Source of the DNA: a phage
Strand: one strand, 5' to 3'
Sequence record: PZ386971.1
DNA: 64,000 nucleotides
The notes below the pieces were generated by a model, which worked only from the letters and a program-made list of their open reading frames with translations, ran no database searches and was not told the origin of the DNA. Below are positions 34,257 to 43,886 of this stretch, one piece after another; position 1 is the first letter of the stretch; every line of letters starts with the position of its first letter. Position numbers and translations under genes: made by a program.

Positions 34257-34540
34257 CGCCTGAACAACGCCGTTCCGTGAAAGTCATGGTGAAAGGTAAG
34301 ACTCAGCTGAGTTATGTCCAGTCTGCCAATGTTGTCCGCCTGATGGAAGTCAAGAACGACATCGACAACTCCCGATTCCAATCGGCACTCTACGGGCTTC
34401 TCGAGTTCGTTCTTCGCCAGGCTGATCTTGGTCCTGTCTATACTCTTGATGATCTGACCAAGCTGTTGAACACGGGCGGGGAAGGTTTCGACACTGCTCG
34501 TATCCTGATTGACGGTGGACCTAAAGAAGACGAGGTATAA
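34253..34540 (+). CDS. Hypothetical protein (95 aa)
   Basis: ORF overlapping the upstream stop (ATGA). Confidence 0.45.
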   Translation: MTPEQRRSVKVMVKGKTQLSYVQSANVVRLMEVKNDIDNSRFQSALYGLLEFVLRQADLGPVYTLDDLTKLLNTGGEGFDTARILIDGGPKEDEV

Positions 34541-34732
34541 TTTGGATAAAGAATTGGTTTGGGAAATTGTGAAGGGTGTCCTAGTAATAATCGCGGTGGT
34601 TTTCATCTTGGGTGGAAACTTCTTCTATTGGTTATTCCGATCCGACCAGAAACGTCGCGAACGCAAGGAGAAAGAGAGAAAGGATCGATGGATGCGCTAA
34701 CTAAGGGATAACCCTATATCCCGAGGTGTGTC

Positions 34733-35182
34733 ATGTTCCTTACATCCTTTATTGACTGGTTGAACATCATTAACGGCCTGAGGATCCCTGTTGGGAACCT
34801 CGGGCTTTCTCGTTCTTCTATGCCGCAAATCGATGCCGACAAACAAGAAGATTTTCACAAATATCTTGAAGACAACGGCGTGTCCATAGATGCTGTGCAA
34901 GTGCCCATCAAAATGCTTCGTCTCACCCAGAACGAAATCAACAAGATGAAGGTCTGGAAGATCATGAAGCAGATCAGAAATAAGAAACCTATGGGTCGAG
35001 TTTGGGTGTCTTCTGACAATTACGTTGTTGACGGTTCTCACCGATTTGTCGCTGCGTTGAACATGGACGGCAAACAGCGCATGAAGGTCTACAAAGTTGA
35101 TTTGCCAGCGATGGAATTTGTTAAACTCGCTAAACAGTTTCAGGGTGTGCGATACAGAACGGTCAGCGATACCCGTTTCTGA
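34733..35182 (+). CDS. ParB/Srx-like nuclease-domain protein
   Basis: 149 aa; LRLTQNEI ... VVDGSHRFVAA resembles the ParB N-terminal domain (LxxTQ ... DGxHR). Confidence 0.5.
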   Translation: MFLTSFIDWLNIINGLRIPVGNLGLSRSSMPQIDADKQEDFHKYLEDNGVSIDAVQVPIKMLRLTQNEINKMKVWKIMKQIRNKKPMGRVWVSSDNYVVDGSHRFVAALNMDGKQRMKVYKVDLPAMEFVKLAKQFQGVRYRTVSDTRF

Positions 35183-35261
35183 ATACGATAGTTTATTGAA
35201 ACCCTTTACTCATCATGGTGAGCCGCCTATCATTTCATCCAATGAAATAAGGAGAATCACC

Positions 35262-35948
35262 ATGAAACGTTTAATCCTCGGGGTCGTGCTGTCTGGTCTG
35301 GCATTACCCGCCGCTGCTAAGCTGAACTCCACAGGTGATAAACTGTGGTCCGACCTTTCCTATTGTGCTGGGTTCTCCCAGGCGGTTGCCATCGACAAGT
35401 CTGGTTCCATAGAGAACTTCGCTGAACTCTGGAACACAGGCAACGTCTCCACTGCTGTCGTCAATGCCGGAATTGAGTTCAACCGTTACAAACAGGGAGC
35501 CTATAACCTCAAGGGCTACCTCAATGACGACGAATTTAACCGTGGAGGCATGGAGGCTGGCGATTTGATCATGACTGGGCGTATGGGCACCCAAGGCCGA
35601 ATGACCGTAAGACAGTGCCGTTCGCTCCCTTCTCCGGCATTACAGAAGGGTGTGCAGGTTGGTCGCCGCCACCTGAACCTCATCAACGATGGCAACCAGT
35701 GCGTCAAAGTATTCGAATACAGCGCTACGCAGACCTCTGATCGCGTCCTGAAGAAGGAATGGCGCACCCGCGCTCTTGGTCTCAGAGCCTGGCTGGTTGA
35801 GAACGATTATTACTTTGAAGACAGGGTTCAGAACGGTCTGAAAGACCTGGCCACGAATCTGAGCGTGAACCTTGATGATCCTCGCATGTCGCGCGAACTC
35901 CAGCAGACTCGTGTTGACTGCGACAATATGATGAAGGAGAACGAGTGA
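35262..35948 (+). CDS. Secreted or periplasmic protein with signal peptide (228 aa)
   Basis: MKRLILGVVLSGLALPAAA signal-peptide-like N-terminus; several Cys. Confidence 0.5.
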   Translation: MKRLILGVVLSGLALPAAAKLNSTGDKLWSDLSYCAGFSQAVAIDKSGSIENFAELWNTGNVSTAVVNAGIEFNRYKQGAYNLKGYLNDDEFNRGGMEAGDLIMTGRMGTQGRMTVRQCRSLPSPALQKGVQVGRRHLNLINDGNQCVKVFEYSATQTSDRVLKKEWRTRALGLRAWLVENDYYFEDRVQNGLKDLATNLSVNLDDPRMSRELQQTRVDCDNMMKENE

Positions 35949-36274
35949 TGAAATGTAAAATCTTGCTCTTGTTGGTACTGATAGCCGGATGTGTAAACGC
36001 CGCGCCACCGTCCAAACTGAACACATGTGTGGCATGGATGGAGACGTATCAGCAGTTCCACCCAGATGACAAAGACACATCTATCCTCCTGTCTGACTTT
36101 GAGGGAGAGCTGAAGCGCCTTGATCTGTTCAGTGTTGATCAGATAGAGAATGCGCTGGATCTTCCCATGATGCTGACTGCGGCTGATAACAGTCCACAAA
36201 CGAAAAAAGACCTGATGTATTGTCGGGGGATTGCCCAGGACTTTGTCGGATTTCAAAATAAAGTTTCGGGTTAA
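35945..36274 (+). CDS. Putative lipoprotein (109 aa)
   Basis: MMKCKILLLLVLIAGC: signal peptide with lipobox-like LIAGC. Confidence 0.5.
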   Translation: MMKCKILLLLVLIAGCVNAAPPSKLNTCVAWMETYQQFHPDDKDTSILLSDFEGELKRLDLFSVDQIENALDLPMMLTAADNSPQTKKDLMYCRGIAQDFVGFQNKVSG

Positions 36275-36313
36275 AATTTAGCCCTACATTGTGAACTGAA
36301 GGAATACACTGTG

Positions 36314-37180
36314 ATGCTCCTGACCAAAACAATCGCTGCGGCGATTATCGAAAAGAATAAGGCTTTTGCCCCCAACGCAGCCAAAGTTATGTTGGTACAC
36401 GAAGACGCTCGCGTGATCTTCGCCGAGAAGTTCGAGATGGGCGCGAAGTTCTGGTATGCCGACAACTTACGTGAGAGCAAACTTCAGGGTATCATCCACA
36501 AACTGACTCTGGTCGCCAAGCGTAATGACCAGGGTGACTGGGTCGGCGTTTCTGACTTCAGTACGAAGATCACCCCAAAGGCTCCGCTTTCTCGTCAAGA
36601 GCGCATTCTGGAAGCCCAGGAAAAGCTGCGTGCGGCTCGGAGTACCACAAAGGCGAAGCCAGATGCAAGCCCTGTCATCAAGCCAGCGGTTGTTCCTAAG
36701 TCCAAATACCTCCCGCCCGTGAGTCAAAAGTCTGTGGAGCAATTGGTTGAGAAGCGCAAGGGTGACGTTGTGATGAAGTCTGACTCTTCAGTGGAGTCGT
36801 TCAAGCCGGATCCAGCAGAAGTACAGGCGCTGGCAGAAAAGGTAAAGAATTCACAATTCATTTCCCTGCGCGAACTTGAACCGCCTACTCGCCGTCGTAT
36901 CGCCAACGAGCTGTTTGTGTCGTTCAGGTCGGATGGCAAGATCGTCCTGTGCAAAGCCCTGCGCGATGCAATCCCTTGGACAACTCTGAACATGATGGTC
37001 ACTCGCGACTTCAAGCGTTTTGGTATCATGCAAGGCAAGGACTACAACGTCAACCAGAGCGGGACTTATGTTAATCGCGCCATGTGTGACAAACTGACCT
37101 TCCCAGAAGACACCGGAACGATCCGTGTCGTTCTGAATTGGGATGACAAGCTGAACATGTATGTTGGCGATTTCCAATAA
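36314..37180 (+). CDS. Hypothetical protein (288 aa)
   Basis: ATG 36314 with AAGGAA SD; track start is the GTG 3 nt upstream. Confidence 0.5.
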   Translation: MLLTKTIAAAIIEKNKAFAPNAAKVMLVHEDARVIFAEKFEMGAKFWYADNLRESKLQGIIHKLTLVAKRNDQGDWVGVSDFSTKITPKAPLSRQERILEAQEKLRAARSTTKAKPDASPVIKPAVVPKSKYLPPVSQKSVEQLVEKRKGDVVMKSDSSVESFKPDPAEVQALAEKVKNSQFISLRELEPPTRRRIANELFVSFRSDGKIVLCKALRDAIPWTTLNMMVTRDFKRFGIMQGKDYNVNQSGTYVNRAMCDKLTFPEDTGTIRVVLNWDDKLNMYVGDFQ

Positions 37181-37236
37181 TCAATAACCTCGGGCGGCTT
37201 ATCATAAAGCTGCCCTTTCATTTGAGAGACTATATC

Positions 37237-37899
37237 ATGGAAAAACTTTATTCTATTATCGTCGGTCCTGATCCTGACGGATTATTCTTCGCCTCGTTGT
37301 CTTATATTGCCCACGCCCGTATCGGTAGCTATTACGCATATTGCACACGTGGCCACGACGGTTCCAATATCCTCCATTATAGCCGCCTGAACGATTTCCT
37401 GGCACTTCAACCAGAAGATGTTGTGCTGGCGCGTCGCGTGTTCATCGACTTCAACGCGATGCACAACAACGAAATCGACGCTCGCTACCATGCCATGCGT
37501 TCTATGGACGGGGGAGATTGCATTTATCGTATCGACCATTTTAGTGAGTTTACCGAATGTATTGATTGGTTTATCTCTGATAAAGTGATGGGTGAAAGAA
37601 TCGTCACAACTCCGTGGGCACATGCGGAACAACTTCGTGTGTCTACCGATGCGTACAAAGAAGTCGACAATCTGTGCAACAAGTTCCGCATCTCGGTGAC
37701 CTGTAATCAAGACCTGGGCGAAGAGATACAATGGACAGCTGAGTCTCCTCATTTCAGTGGCCTGGTGATGACGGCCGAAACCCGTTCCCGTGCTGTTGTC
37801 CAGTTAGTACTCTGGGCGTTCTACCAGCGCACCCCGTTCTCGTACATGGGGCAGAAAGAGATTGATGAACTCCTGAAGTCTCACGCGGTGGAGGTGTAA
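37237..37899 (+). CDS. Hypothetical protein (220 aa)
   Basis: ATG preceded by GAGAGACTATATC. Confidence 0.5.
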   Translation: MEKLYSIIVGPDPDGLFFASLSYIAHARIGSYYAYCTRGHDGSNILHYSRLNDFLALQPEDVVLARRVFIDFNAMHNNEIDARYHAMRSMDGGDCIYRIDHFSEFTECIDWFISDKVMGERIVTTPWAHAEQLRVSTDAYKEVDNLCNKFRISVTCNQDLGEEIQWTAESPHFSGLVMTAETRSRAVVQLVLWAFYQRTPFSYMGQKEIDELLKSHAVEV

Positions 37900-37900
37900 T

Positions 37901-38179
37901 ATGGCTGGCGTATGGTGTGATGTCTTGCTGGTTCGTTACAGCGTAAATGGGTGTGTCCAAGTGCGTTCCGCCTTCTATCCAGTACCGTTCTCTTCCGGTG
38001 GCCTGACGGTTCAGCGAGTTCTCGATATTGAGGCAGAACTGAACAAAAAGTCTTTTGGTGTACAAGTCCTGGGGTACGATCTTCTGAATGAAATGATGGT
38101 TGAAGAAGACAAAGTTGAGACTGTCATTGGTCGTCAGGAGATGGAATCGTTAATCTCCAAATCGGAGGTCAAATCATGA
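37901..38179 (+). CDS. Hypothetical small protein (92 aa)
   Basis: ORF with GGAGGTG SD. Confidence 0.4.
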   Translation: MAGVWCDVLLVRYSVNGCVQVRSAFYPVPFSSGGLTVQRVLDIEAELNKKSFGVQVLGYDLLNEMMVEEDKVETVIGRQEMESLISKSEVKS

Positions 38180-38427
38180 GTCCCAACATGGCAATAATCT
38201 GGGTTGGTGAATCGTCAATGCGTTGTCCTCACAAGACGATCACCTTCTTGGACGATGAGCGCCTGGCCGAACAACGGGTTGAAGTCCGCGAAATGCAGGT
38301 TTCTTCAAAGGTGGTGAACGTTCCTGTGACTAATATTCAGACTTTTAAGCCTTGCGTCAGAGTGATTTGTGAACGCTGTGGATGTTATGGCACGATGACG
38401 ACTGAAGACGTGGCGAAAGGCTATTAA
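38176..38427 (+). CDS. Hypothetical small Cys-containing protein (83 aa)
   Basis: ORF overlapping the upstream stop; C..C pairs. Confidence 0.4.
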   Translation: MSPNMAIIWVGESSMRCPHKTITFLDDERLAEQRVEVREMQVSSKVVNVPVTNIQTFKPCVRVICERCGCYGTMTTEDVAKGY

Positions 38428-38517
38428 TTCCGCTTTATTCAATAAAATTTGTTAGTTAAACTGTAGTCCTCTTGTAGTGAACATGAAAGTAAACATTAAC
38501 CCAACGGAGAAATCCAG

Positions 38518-38796
38518 ATGAATCGTACTGAATTTGTTGCCCACATTGCTTCGACCCAGAACATCACCAAAGGCGAAGCGGAGAAAGTAGTGGCATCCTT
38601 TATCAACGGTGTTAAGACTGCAGTTGCTGCAGGCGCATCTGTACAGCTGGTCGGCTTCGGTGCGTTCGAAGTGAAACACCAAGAAGCGCGTGAAGGCCGC
38701 AACCCTCTGGACGGCCAGACCATTCAGATCGCGGCGAAAAACGTTGTGAAATTCAAAGTGGGCGAAGGTCTGAAGAACGCTGCCAACGGCAAGTAA
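38518..38796 (+). CDS. HU/IHF-family histone-like DNA-binding protein
   Basis: 92 aa; GFGAFEVKHQEAREGRNPLDGQTIQIAAKNVVKFKVGEGLK matches the HU signature arm. Confidence 0.85.
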   Translation: MNRTEFVAHIASTQNITKGEAEKVVASFINGVKTAVAAGASVQLVGFGAFEVKHQEAREGRNPLDGQTIQIAAKNVVKFKVGEGLKNAANGK

Positions 38797-38848
38797 TTCT
38801 ATCTGACGCGCGGCCAGGCTCTGCAATACAGGGCATGGCAAAGAGAAA

Positions 38849-38875
38849 GCCGGAGCATTGTACTCCGGCTTTTTC
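38849..38875 (+). terminator. Rho-independent terminator after the HU gene
   Basis: gccggagCATTGTActccggc then TTTTT. Confidence 0.6.
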
Positions 38876-38924
38876 GTTCTTGGGGATCGGGTAAACTATA
38901 GGCGAATCCCATAGGAGGAAGAAA

Positions 38925-40643
38925 GTGACAGCATTCAACCAATATACCAAGGCGCTTGACGGCGTCGGACCAGTCAGCATAGACCGCATCAAGTCTCTTG
39001 CCACTGAGTTCTTCCCGTATGACACCGCCAACCCCGGCCAGATGGAATGCATCGTTGAAGCCATTGATGCCCTTGTGAATAAGAAATTCAAACACGTGAT
39101 CATCGAGGCTCCGACTGGTGTAGGTAAATCCCTCATCGGCACTACCATCCATAATGTGCTTCGCCATTTGGTTCTTGAGCACAACCCGTATGGTCAGTTC
39201 CGCACGTCTATCACGACGCCGACCAAAGGTTTACAGGATCAGTATGCAGCAGAGAAAGCCGTGGCGATAGACATCCTGAAGGGCAAGAAGAACTACCGTT
39301 GCCACATCAGTCCCGACCTATACTACAACGCCATTCAGTGCCGTATGGCATGCCGTGATGGCCACTGTAGTAAGAATCGTTGCCCATATGTTCAGGCGCG
39401 TCGACAGTGGACCGACGTCTCCTCCCTGCGCTGCACCAACGCCGCCATGATGGTGGAGATGTGTACGACGATTTGTATGAAGCCGGAAAACCGTGCCGAT
39501 ATGCTGATCCTTGACGAGTGTCATAAGATGCCCTCTACGCTCCTAGAGCATACTATCATGGAATACAACATAAAGGCTGTGGAAGGGTTGCTTACGATCC
39601 CCGAGGGAGTGCCTATCGTGGAGACCATCAAGGATATCATCATCCGCACAGAGAACTATGAATTGGGCAAGCTGTATTCCCTGTCTGGTGAGATGCATGC
39701 GATATTTGATGAACTACACGGCAAGGTTGAAGCCCTGTTGGAAACTCTTGAAGAACTGGTAGAGGATGAGCGCCTGACTGAAGCCCAGGTGATGAAGCTG
39801 TCTGATATTATTGATAATCTTCACAACCTCAGTGACTACTGCGGTATCATGGGGCAGACCAACGCCAGCACTTTCATCGTACAGGAGAAGGACAAGGGTA
39901 TGATTCAGTTCAAGCCTGTCATCGCCTCTGATGTATCCCAGTTCGGTCTGTTCCGCAAGGGTGACTACCACGTTCACATGTCGGCGACCATCTGCGGGAT
40001 TGACTCGTACGCCCGGTCACTGGGTATCCGCGAGGGTGAGTACCACAAGATACAGATCGGCAACCCTATCCCGATTGAGAACCGGAAAGTCAACTACATG
40101 CCCATCATGAAGATGACAGCGAACATGGGTGACTACGAGATGAAGAAGCTGGCTGAATACGTGGATGAAATTATCGCGTTCCACCCTGGGCAGTCTGGCA
40201 TCATTCACACAGTCAGTTATGACCGCGCCCTGGCTCTACAAAAGTTCAGTAAGTACCGGAATATGATTCACGTTCCTCGTACTCGTAAGGCTCTGATGGA
40301 CATCATGGAAAACGCGTTCAGGACGAAGACGCCTTGTGTCATCGCCAGTCCGGCCATGGAAGAGGGGTATGACTTCAAAGGCGATTATAGTCGATTTCAG
40401 ATCTTGATCAAAGTGCCATACGATTACCTTGGTGATCCTCTGGTGGCCCACGTCAACAGTGTGGACCCATCGGCGTACTTCAGGATGGCGGTACTGCGTA
40501 TCGTTCAGATGTGTGGGCGTTCGGTCAGGGGCGTGAATGACTGGGCTGCGACGTACATCCTTGATTCTTCTTTTGAATCACTGATGATGCGCAACCCAGA
40601 GTTCTTCCCCGCTTGGTTCACTGATGCCGTGTTTGAGGTTTAG
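38925..40643 (+). CDS. DinG/XPD-like Fe-S SF2 helicase
   Basis: 572 aa; APTGVGKS Walker A; four-Cys cluster CHISPDLYYNAIQCRMACRDGHCSKNRC; DECH box. Confidence 0.75.
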   Translation: MTAFNQYTKALDGVGPVSIDRIKSLATEFFPYDTANPGQMECIVEAIDALVNKKFKHVIIEAPTGVGKSLIGTTIHNVLRHLVLEHNPYGQFRTSITTPTKGLQDQYAAEKAVAIDILKGKKNYRCHISPDLYYNAIQCRMACRDGHCSKNRCPYVQARRQWTDVSSLRCTNAAMMVEMCTTICMKPENRADMLILDECHKMPSTLLEHTIMEYNIKAVEGLLTIPEGVPIVETIKDIIIRTENYELGKLYSLSGEMHAIFDELHGKVEALLETLEELVEDERLTEAQVMKLSDIIDNLHNLSDYCGIMGQTNASTFIVQEKDKGMIQFKPVIASDVSQFGLFRKGDYHVHMSATICGIDSYARSLGIREGEYHKIQIGNPIPIENRKVNYMPIMKMTANMGDYEMKKLAEYVDEIIAFHPGQSGIIHTVSYDRALALQKFSKYRNMIHVPRTRKALMDIMENAFRTKTPCVIASPAMEEGYDFKGDYSRFQILIKVPYDYLGDPLVAHVNSVDPSAYFRMAVLRIVQMCGRSVRGVNDWAATYILDSSFESLMMRNPEFFPAWFTDAVFEV

Positions 40644-41407
40644 TAACCCGCAACGAAGGACAGATGGCACTTGACATTCGGTTCCAACGACGTCACAGAA
40701 ACCGTCATATTGTCCGTATCTTGGCTGAAGTCAATGGTGGCGAGAGGTTTGGTCTGAATATGGTTGTAAACACTGTAGATCAGATCCTCGCCACGATACC
40801 CTACCTTCCCGTCGGTGTCTTGCCAATGACCCAGTGTTTCATCGTAGACATGCACTCTGAACTCGATCATATGGAAGAGTGCCTTGGGGATGTCCTTGAG
40901 TACGCTGGTGCCAACCACGGGAATCTCTATGCTGGAATCATTGGAGTTCCCTTCATAGACCGAAGCCCATGCAAAGGTAGGATCACCCCCAGCAACAGGG
41001 GTTCGCTTCCAGTATTGGAATTCTGGGTTGCCTGAAGCGTTCTTCTGAAGTAGAATGACCTCACCACCTTTGAAGTTCGAGGTATCGATGTCGCCTCGCT
41101 GAAGTTCATCTGCTGGAGATCCAATAAATTTCCAACCTTCGCGATCCAGTAAAGACTTATAATAGTCGGTGAACACGTTGCTGTCTTCTGCATCGTTGAT
41201 GGCATCTTTGAGACCTTGGCCTGTCACCATCTCGTTGAGCTTCAACCACATGTTCTTGACAGCAGACGCTGCTGCGACTTGTCCAGCAGTCCCACCTGCA
41301 GCATAATCATAGATGATATCTTCTGACTTGATAGCATCATAGATAGAGAGGAGCAATTGCTCAATCTGCGGGGCGGTGAGACTGAAACGATATGCGCGGG
41401 GTGCCAT
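40640..41407 (-). CDS. Hypothetical protein (255 aa)
   Basis: Minus-strand ORF from ATG with GAGGAA SD; the track's upstream extension (52 aa) looks like junk. Confidence 0.5.
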   Translation of the reverse strand: MAPRAYRFSLTAPQIEQLLLSIYDAIKSEDIIYDYAAGGTAGQVAAASAVKNMWLKLNEMVTGQGLKDAINDAEDSNVFTDYYKSLLDREGWKFIGSPADELQRGDIDTSNFKGGEVILLQKNASGNPEFQYWKRTPVAGGDPTFAWASVYEGNSNDSSIEIPVVGTSVLKDIPKALFHMIEFRVHVYDETLGHWQDTDGKVGYRGEDLIYSVYNHIQTKPLATIDFSQDTDNMTVSVTSLEPNVKCHLSFVAGY

Positions 41408-41452
41408 AGTTTCATTCCTCTTTCTATAAAACCAGTTTGGGATATTTATATC

Positions 41453-41980
41453 ATGATAGAAATTTATTCTGACGGGGGTTCTAACCCGAAGACCAACCAG
41501 GCCGCAGGCTGGGCATTTGTCATCAGGCCAATAACGGGTATGCAATGGAAGGTGTTCTTCGGTCATCTACCTCCCCCGTCCACTAACAATATCGCCGAGT
41601 TGTTGGGTGTGACCAACGCATTGAAGCTACTGTGGGCATTCTCAGGAAAGGGTGAGCGCAGAATACCAAAGGCAACAATTTGGTCTGACAGCCAATATGC
41701 CATCAAGAGTGTCACCGAATGGCGAGCGAAGTGGGAGTATCAGGGTTTCCCAGAAAAGAACGTTGAACTCATCAAAGATCTGTTCAGAATCTATGATCTC
41801 GTTTGTTCAATTTGTGATGTTGAACTAAAATGGGTTAAGGGTCATGCGGGGCACGAAGGCAACGAACTTGCCGATGACTGGGCCACAGCAGCCAAAAACG
41901 ACAGCAACTTCCTGATTGAGAATGACAAGATCTCAGTGAAGAAGGTTGTTGGATCTTTTGATGAATTTATCGGTATCTGA
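41453..41980 (+). CDS. rnhA: Ribonuclease HI
   Basis: YSDGGS...GWAFVI, TNNIAELLGV, WSDSQYAI, VKGHAGHEGNELADDWA match the RNase H type 1 catalytic motifs. Confidence 0.85.
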   Translation: MIEIYSDGGSNPKTNQAAGWAFVIRPITGMQWKVFFGHLPPPSTNNIAELLGVTNALKLLWAFSGKGERRIPKATIWSDSQYAIKSVTEWRAKWEYQGFPEKNVELIKDLFRIYDLVCSICDVELKWVKGHAGHEGNELADDWATAAKNDSNFLIENDKISVKKVVGSFDEFIGI

Positions 41981-41991
41981 GGGCTTTCATA

Positions 41992-42783
41992 ATGGGAATG
42001 AACTTCGTGGACAGAGGGGAGAATGTCGTCAAATATTTCACGGACGAAGACAACGAGCGTGTCATTAGTATCCTTCGTGATTGGATCCCCGCCCGCAAGA
42101 AAGCACTTGCTGAGGGCACCAGGCTTCCAAAGATCCCCAACTATGTTGCTCTGCAGGTCCAGCGCATCATCACCAAGATGAGTACCCGCTACAACTATCG
42201 CGACTATCCCTTCCGTGAAGACATGGTCTCTGAAGCAATAGTCAACATCCTGCGCTACCTCCACACCTTTGACGTCGAACACATTGGAAAGAAAGGGAAG
42301 ATCAACTTCTTCTCTTGGGTGACCATGTGCGCTGATCGATCATTCGCTCGTAAACTGAATATCGAAGAAGAACACACGTACATCAAATTGCGCTCATTTG
42401 AAGAGGCGGGTGGGTTCGCAGGCCTGGCAGACGATCCCGACTTCCAACAAGAGATCTTTGTTGACGCGACAGGGATTGGTATGGACTTCCGTGAGCGTAT
42501 CGGTAACTTTGAGAACAAAAAGGACGCTCAAAGGCAGAAGGAGCGAGAGAAGGTGGAGGCGGCTCGTCTCGCAGAATCGAATAAAAAGATTGCGAAAGGC
42601 ATACTTCAATACATGGCGCAGGCTAAGAATACGGTAACAGCGCAGGCCGAAGACAATTCAGATCAGGACTTTGGCAAAACCCAATTCAATCTGGAAGATG
42701 ATATCTGTGCGATGGAACCAGATTGGGAAGCCCTCAAACAAAGATTAGAAGAACGGGAGAAAAAGAATAATGGCGATTGCTAA
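41992..42783 (+). CDS. 55: Late sigma factor (T4 gp55-like)
   Basis: NFFSWVTMCADRSFARKLNIEEEH resembles T4 gp55 [24 protein letters not shown]; lies upstream of gp47/gp46 as in T4. Confidence 0.6.
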   Translation: MGMNFVDRGENVVKYFTDEDNERVISILRDWIPARKKALAEGTRLPKIPNYVALQVQRIITKMSTRYNYRDYPFREDMVSEAIVNILRYLHTFDVEHIGKKGKINFFSWVTMCADRSFARKLNIEEEHTYIKLRSFEEAGGFAGLADDPDFQQEIFVDATGIGMDFRERIGNFENKKDAQRQKEREKVEAARLAESNKKIAKGILQYMAQAKNTVTAQAEDNSDQDFGKTQFNLEDDICAMEPDWEALKQRLEEREKKNNGDC

Positions 42784-43885
42784 AATCGGCGATCTGCATA
42801 TCGGGAGCCGTAATGGTTCCCGATACGTTCGCGACTTCATCAAGAACTACCTCATCAATTATTTCATCCCTGAACTTGTCGCCTCCGACATCCATGAGGT
42901 CTGGCAGTTTGGTGACACATTTGACGTCCGCAAATTCATGTACGGGCGTGACAAGGACTGGTTGAAAGATGAGCTGACTCCGGCGCTGAAAGCTGCTGGG
43001 ATCAAGTGGAATGGTATTGTTGGCAACCACGACATCACCCTGGAAGAGTCTAACCGCATCAACTGGCCATCCTACCTGAACGAACTCGACCCAGATGTAT
43101 ACTGCTATTATAGCGAACCGACCGAAGTGATGATCGAGGGTGTCAAGACTCTGCTCCTACCGTGGATCAACAAGGAGAACTATGATGCGTCTATTAAGGC
43201 GTTACAAGATACAGACGCCGAGTACTGTTTTGCGCATCTGGAGTTGGCAGGGTTCAAAATGTACCAGTCCTCTACTTGTGATCACGGTCAGATCGACGTT
43301 GCGTTGCTTTCCAAGTTTACCAGGGTCGACACGGGGCATTTCCATACCCGTTCGATGGAAGGTAACATTCAGTATCTTGGGACTCCGTATCACCTGAACT
43401 GGGAAGACTACAAAGATGGCACCAACCGTGGCTTCTATGTGGACGACATGCGCGGCGGTGAGGTATTCATTCCCAACAGCGAGCACCAGACGTTGTTCCG
43501 CTATGTGGAATATGATTACACCAAGTTGTCCTCAGACGATGAGGGTAACTGGATCGACCCGGAATGGTTGAACACAGGCTTGGGTATTGAAGGGCAAATC
43601 GTTAAGGTTATTGTACAGAATCGCGACAATGCTAAGCATTATGAAAAGTTCTGTGATGCAATGAAGCGATGCAAGTGTATTGACTACAACTTCATCGACC
43701 GGACTATTACCGTAGCGGCTGAGAAGGTTGAGGTCACCGAAGAGATGGTGGCAACCGACGCAGTGGAAGTCCTAAAGAAGGATATCCGCGCCGGGAACAA
43801 CATCCAGCGCCCTGAAAACGTCTGCAAGCTAGCAGAGCACTTCTACAACGCTGCCCAACAACGCCTGAATACACTGGATGCATAA
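42770..43885 (+). CDS. 47: Recombination nuclease subunit (T4 gp47, Mre11-like)
   Basis: Calcineurin-like phosphoesterase motifs GDLHIG, GNHD, GHFH; followed by the gp46 gene. Confidence 0.85.
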   Translation: MAIAKIGDLHIGSRNGSRYVRDFIKNYLINYFIPELVASDIHEVWQFGDTFDVRKFMYGRDKDWLKDELTPALKAAGIKWNGIVGNHDITLEESNRINWPSYLNELDPDVYCYYSEPTEVMIEGVKTLLLPWINKENYDASIKALQDTDAEYCFAHLELAGFKMYQSSTCDHGQIDVALLSKFTRVDTGHFHTRSMEGNIQYLGTPYHLNWEDYKDGTNRGFYVDDMRGGEVFIPNSEHQTLFRYVEYDYTKLSSDDEGNWIDPEWLNTGLGIEGQIVKVIVQNRDNAKHYEKFCDAMKRCKCIDYNFIDRTITVAAEKVEVTEEMVATDAVEVLKKDIRAGNNIQRPENVCKLAEHFYNAAQQRLNTLDA

Positions 43886-43886
43886 C

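Noticed and set aside
38925-39010. Apparent 1-nt frame inconsistency when hand-indexing the DinG-like gene start (and likewise at 55582)
   Set aside because: The ORF track gives a continuous protein, so this is a manual indexing error on my part, not a frameshift or pseudogene; track coordinates were used.
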